Assembly (NCBI GenBank): GCA_963749495.1
Contig: CAVVMW010000022.1
Coordinates: forward strand, 32,001 to 96,000
DNA: 64,000 nucleotides
DNA from: an uncultured bacterium
GTDB lineage: Bacteria; Verrucomicrobiota; Verrucomicrobiia; Limisphaerales; UBA8199
Direction of reading: 5' to 3'
Part shown: one piece after another, positions 61,646 through 64,000 of the stretch
Numbering within the stretch: the stretch's first letter is position 1
How the letters are laid out: every line of letters begins with the position of its first letter
Translations under genes and position numbers: made by a program
Notes under the pieces: generated by a model
Database searches by the model: none
What the model was told of the DNA's origin: nothing
The model's input: only the letters and a program-made list of their open reading frames with translations

Positions 61646-64000
61646 TCAGGGATTCTGAGTCTGGCCCAAGGCCTTCGCCAGGGTTAATGCATCCAGGTAC
61701 TCCTCGTCTTGATTCGCGTAGAGCACATCCAGGACGGCTGGGGTGCCGGGTGAAAGCGCCAATAGCCGCGCCAGAGCCTCCGGGTTGCGGGCAGAATAGA
61801 TTGGCCCATGCGCATCCCACATCTTGCCCGCGAAGTCGTTGTGAGATGCGGCGACAAGCCACAGGCCGATCTTGTCCTTGAGCCGCGCGGCAGTTGCGGC
61901 AGCAAGGGGGTCTTGTCCGGGAATGGCAGTGCTCACCGCCAGTTTCAGATTGGGCGCGCCGATGCGGTCGAGCCATTCAAAGCCTTCAGCCAGGCTCCAG
62001 GGCGGCTTGCCGAAACCGACGCGGAGGTGCAGCGTCACGCCGCGCTCTGCCGCCTGGCCTGCCAGGGCCTTGAGTGTGGCGGTGAACGCCGCCCGCGTCT
62101 GGTCATCGGTGAAGTTGTTTTCCGGGTAACGGTGAAGCGAGAGAATCAGGTCTTTGGCGCCAAGGGCTTCCATCTTGCCCAACACATCCTTGATGGCAGC
62201 CATGCTGTTTGTGTAGTCCTCGTGCAGGTTGTCAATCAGCCGCAGCGCCGGGTAAAGATCTGCGCCCGAACTCAAGTCCACAACAATGCGGACCCCCTGG
62301 CGCTTAAGCCAGCCGTGTTCCTTTTGGAGCGCCGCCTTTTCCCGTTCGTGCAAGTAGGACCAGTCCGCGCAAACCCCGTCGAAGTGCTCGAAGAACGTGG
62401 GCCGCGCCAGTATCTCCTGCTTGATGGAGGTTGCACGGCGCAGCGGCAAGAGCCGGCCCCGTGGCCGCGACGGCGGGGCCTGGTGCTGGATTTCCTCGAC
62501 CTCGGTCTCCTGGACCTTCACGGCAAAGATGCGGACATCGCCTCCCGCAATCGTGCTCGCGGCACTCTTGCCGAGCTTCGACCCATCCACAACCTCGGGT
62601 GTTTGCCCGGGGACGCCTGCCTCCGGCGTGTCGAGCGGGAGTTCGCGAACGGACTCAATCTTGCCGCAGAGTGATTCCAGGCGGAACGGCTGCTCGCGCC
62701 AGGTGTTGTTGGCTATGCCGATCGTGTATTCACTGGCGCGCTTGCGGCAGGTGATCACGCTGAGCCCTTCCCCTTGCACCGCGAAGAGCTGCTGTGAGCG
62801 CAGGATCGCTTCCAGGCCAAGCCGCACGTCCGGGGCCAGCTTGAACGGCTTGGGCAACGGCTTATCCGTCTCGCTGCGGAGGCCTGGACCCACTGTGGCG
62901 TCGGGCTCCACGCCGAACGGGCTCGCGAAGACCGTCACCCGGCCGCGCCCGCAAGCGACGGTCGAGTTTCCGCTCACATTCGTGATGCCCGCGATGCCGC
63001 CAGGGAGCTTCATGAGGTTGTCGGCGGTCATGACCACGTGGCCGCCCCGCTCGGCGCAAGCCTGCAATTTATCGCGCACCTCGCGTCCGCCGCCGAGTTC
63101 ACCGGCGACGATCACCACCGCATACCGGTCGAGGGCCCAGGGTGGCGCGTCGCTCAGCAAGCAGTCGGCGATGTCACCATAGGGCGTCGGGGCGAGGAAG
63201 CCGGATTCGTCGTGGAAATAGGAGGAGTTCTGGTAGCCCGGGTAAAGCAGGTCGAGCAGCGCGTCGGTGAGGAAATCACCGGCTTCGTAGGGCCGGTTGC
63301 CCCAGACGCGATAGACATCCCCCGAGTAGAGATGCCGCGGAAAGGACCAGCCGGCGTAAAAGTCCACCAGCAGCGCCACCGGCGTGTGCGTCACGCCCGG
63401 TTGCCCGTTTTCCTTCACCCACCGTTGCGCGGATTGCTGGATGCGGCCGATGGGCGTGAGCTTGTCGCCTTCAATCCAGCCGCTCTCGAACCCCACGGCC
63501 ACACAGTTGTAAAGGATGTGCGAATAGAGCAGCCGCTTCAGCAGGCTCAGGCTGGTTCCCTTGGCGGGGCCGTGAATCTCGCCGCCGCTGCCGCCCGACG
63601 AGCCGTAAGTCTTGTAGCCCCAACGGTTCCAGACCGAAGCATTGCCGAACCACGGCACCCCGTATTGCCGGCCCGCGCCGCGGATGAAAGCGTAATAGAC
63701 CTGGTTGTTGGGCAGCCCCTGCGCCGTCTCCGCGCCAATGAGCGTGTAAGTGCCCTCCTTCAGGAAGTAATGGCCGAAATTCAACGAGACCAGCGCGGCG
63801 TGCTTATGGCCCAGGTCGTCGCCCATCCGCTCGAAGTGACGCTGGAAATTCAGGTACTGCTCGAACCGGCTGGCCGAAGCCGGCGTCATCTGGCTCGCGT
63901 AGCCGCCGATGTAACGCCCGTCCTGCTCGCCGATGTCCATGCCGAGCCAGCGCTCGCCCAGCTTGGCTTCCAGCATCGGCAAAGCGCCCGCGGGAGGCGT
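61646..64000 (-). CDS. large hypothetical protein (5' partial) with C-terminal TIM-barrel sugar isomerase-like region
   Basis: ORF of at least 778 aa running to the window edge. Confidence 0.7.
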   Translation of the reverse strand, partial: TPPAGALPMLEAKLGERWLGMDIGEQDGRYIGGYASQMTPASASRFEQYLNFQRHFERMGDDLGHKHAALVSLNFGHYFLKEGTYTLIGAETAQGLPNNQVYYAFIRGAGRQYGVPWFGNASVWNRWGYKTYGSSGGSGGEIHGPAKGTSLSLLKRLLYSHILYNCVAVGFESGWIEGDKLTPIGRIQQSAQRWVKENGQPGVTHTPVALLVDFYAGWSFPRHLYSGDVYRVWGNRPYEAGDFLTDALLDLLYPGYQNSSYFHDESGFLAPTPYGDIADCLLSDAPPWALDRYAVVIVAGELGGGREVRDKLQACAERGGHVVMTADNLMKLPGGIAGITNVSGNSTVACGRGRVTVFASPFGVEPDATVGPGLRSETDKPLPKPFKLAPDVRLGLEAILRSQQLFAVQGEGLSVITCRKRASEYTIGIANNTWREQPFRLESLCGKIESVRELPLDTPEAGVPGQTPEVVDGSKLGKSAASTIAGGDVRIFAVKVQETEVEEIQHQAPPSRPRGRLLPLRRATSIKQEILARPTFFEHFDGVCADWSYLHEREKAALQKEHGWLKRQGVRIVVDLSSGADLYPALRLIDNLHEDYTNSMAAIKDVLGKMEALGAKDLILSLHRYPENNFTDDQTRAAFTATLKALAGQAAERGVTLHLRVGFGKPPWSLAEGFEWLDRIGAPNLKLAVSTAIPGQDPLAAATAARLKDKIGLWLVAASHNDFAGKMWDAHGPIYSARNPEALARLLALSPGTPAVLDVLYANQDEEYLDALTLAKALGQTQNP

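Overview
This is a GC-rich bacterial chromosomal window, probably from Verrucomicrobia or another PVC lineage (inferred from gene content and repeat style). From left to right it holds: a lower-GC accessory patch (0.3-4.5 kb); a cluster of secreted carbohydrate-active/LamG/malectin proteins with an extended ECF sigma factor (4.7-22.3 kb), containing an ORF-less group II intron inserted into a palindromic repeat; a UBact-proteasome operon (arc-dop-ubact-prcB-prcA-pafA) whose pafA ligase survives only as internally deleted, partly duplicated pieces around a BspA-type LRR gene; an IS4 element with an 11-bp target duplication and a divergent passenger gene, inserted into another palindrome; toxin-antitoxin-like modules; a four-helix-bundle cassette bounded by inverted 12-mer arrays, with an 'empty' copy of the same element 11 kb away; and housekeeping genes (metF, recA, lolC/E-lolD, gltBD). 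Many intergenic gaps contain a REP-like palindrome or a 7-12-mer tandem array, and some of these lie in frame inside genes. About ten 1-2-bp frameshifts, including in gltD and dop, look like sequencing or assembly errors. No rRNA, tRNA or CRISPR array was seen. All family assignments come from motif recognition, not database searches.
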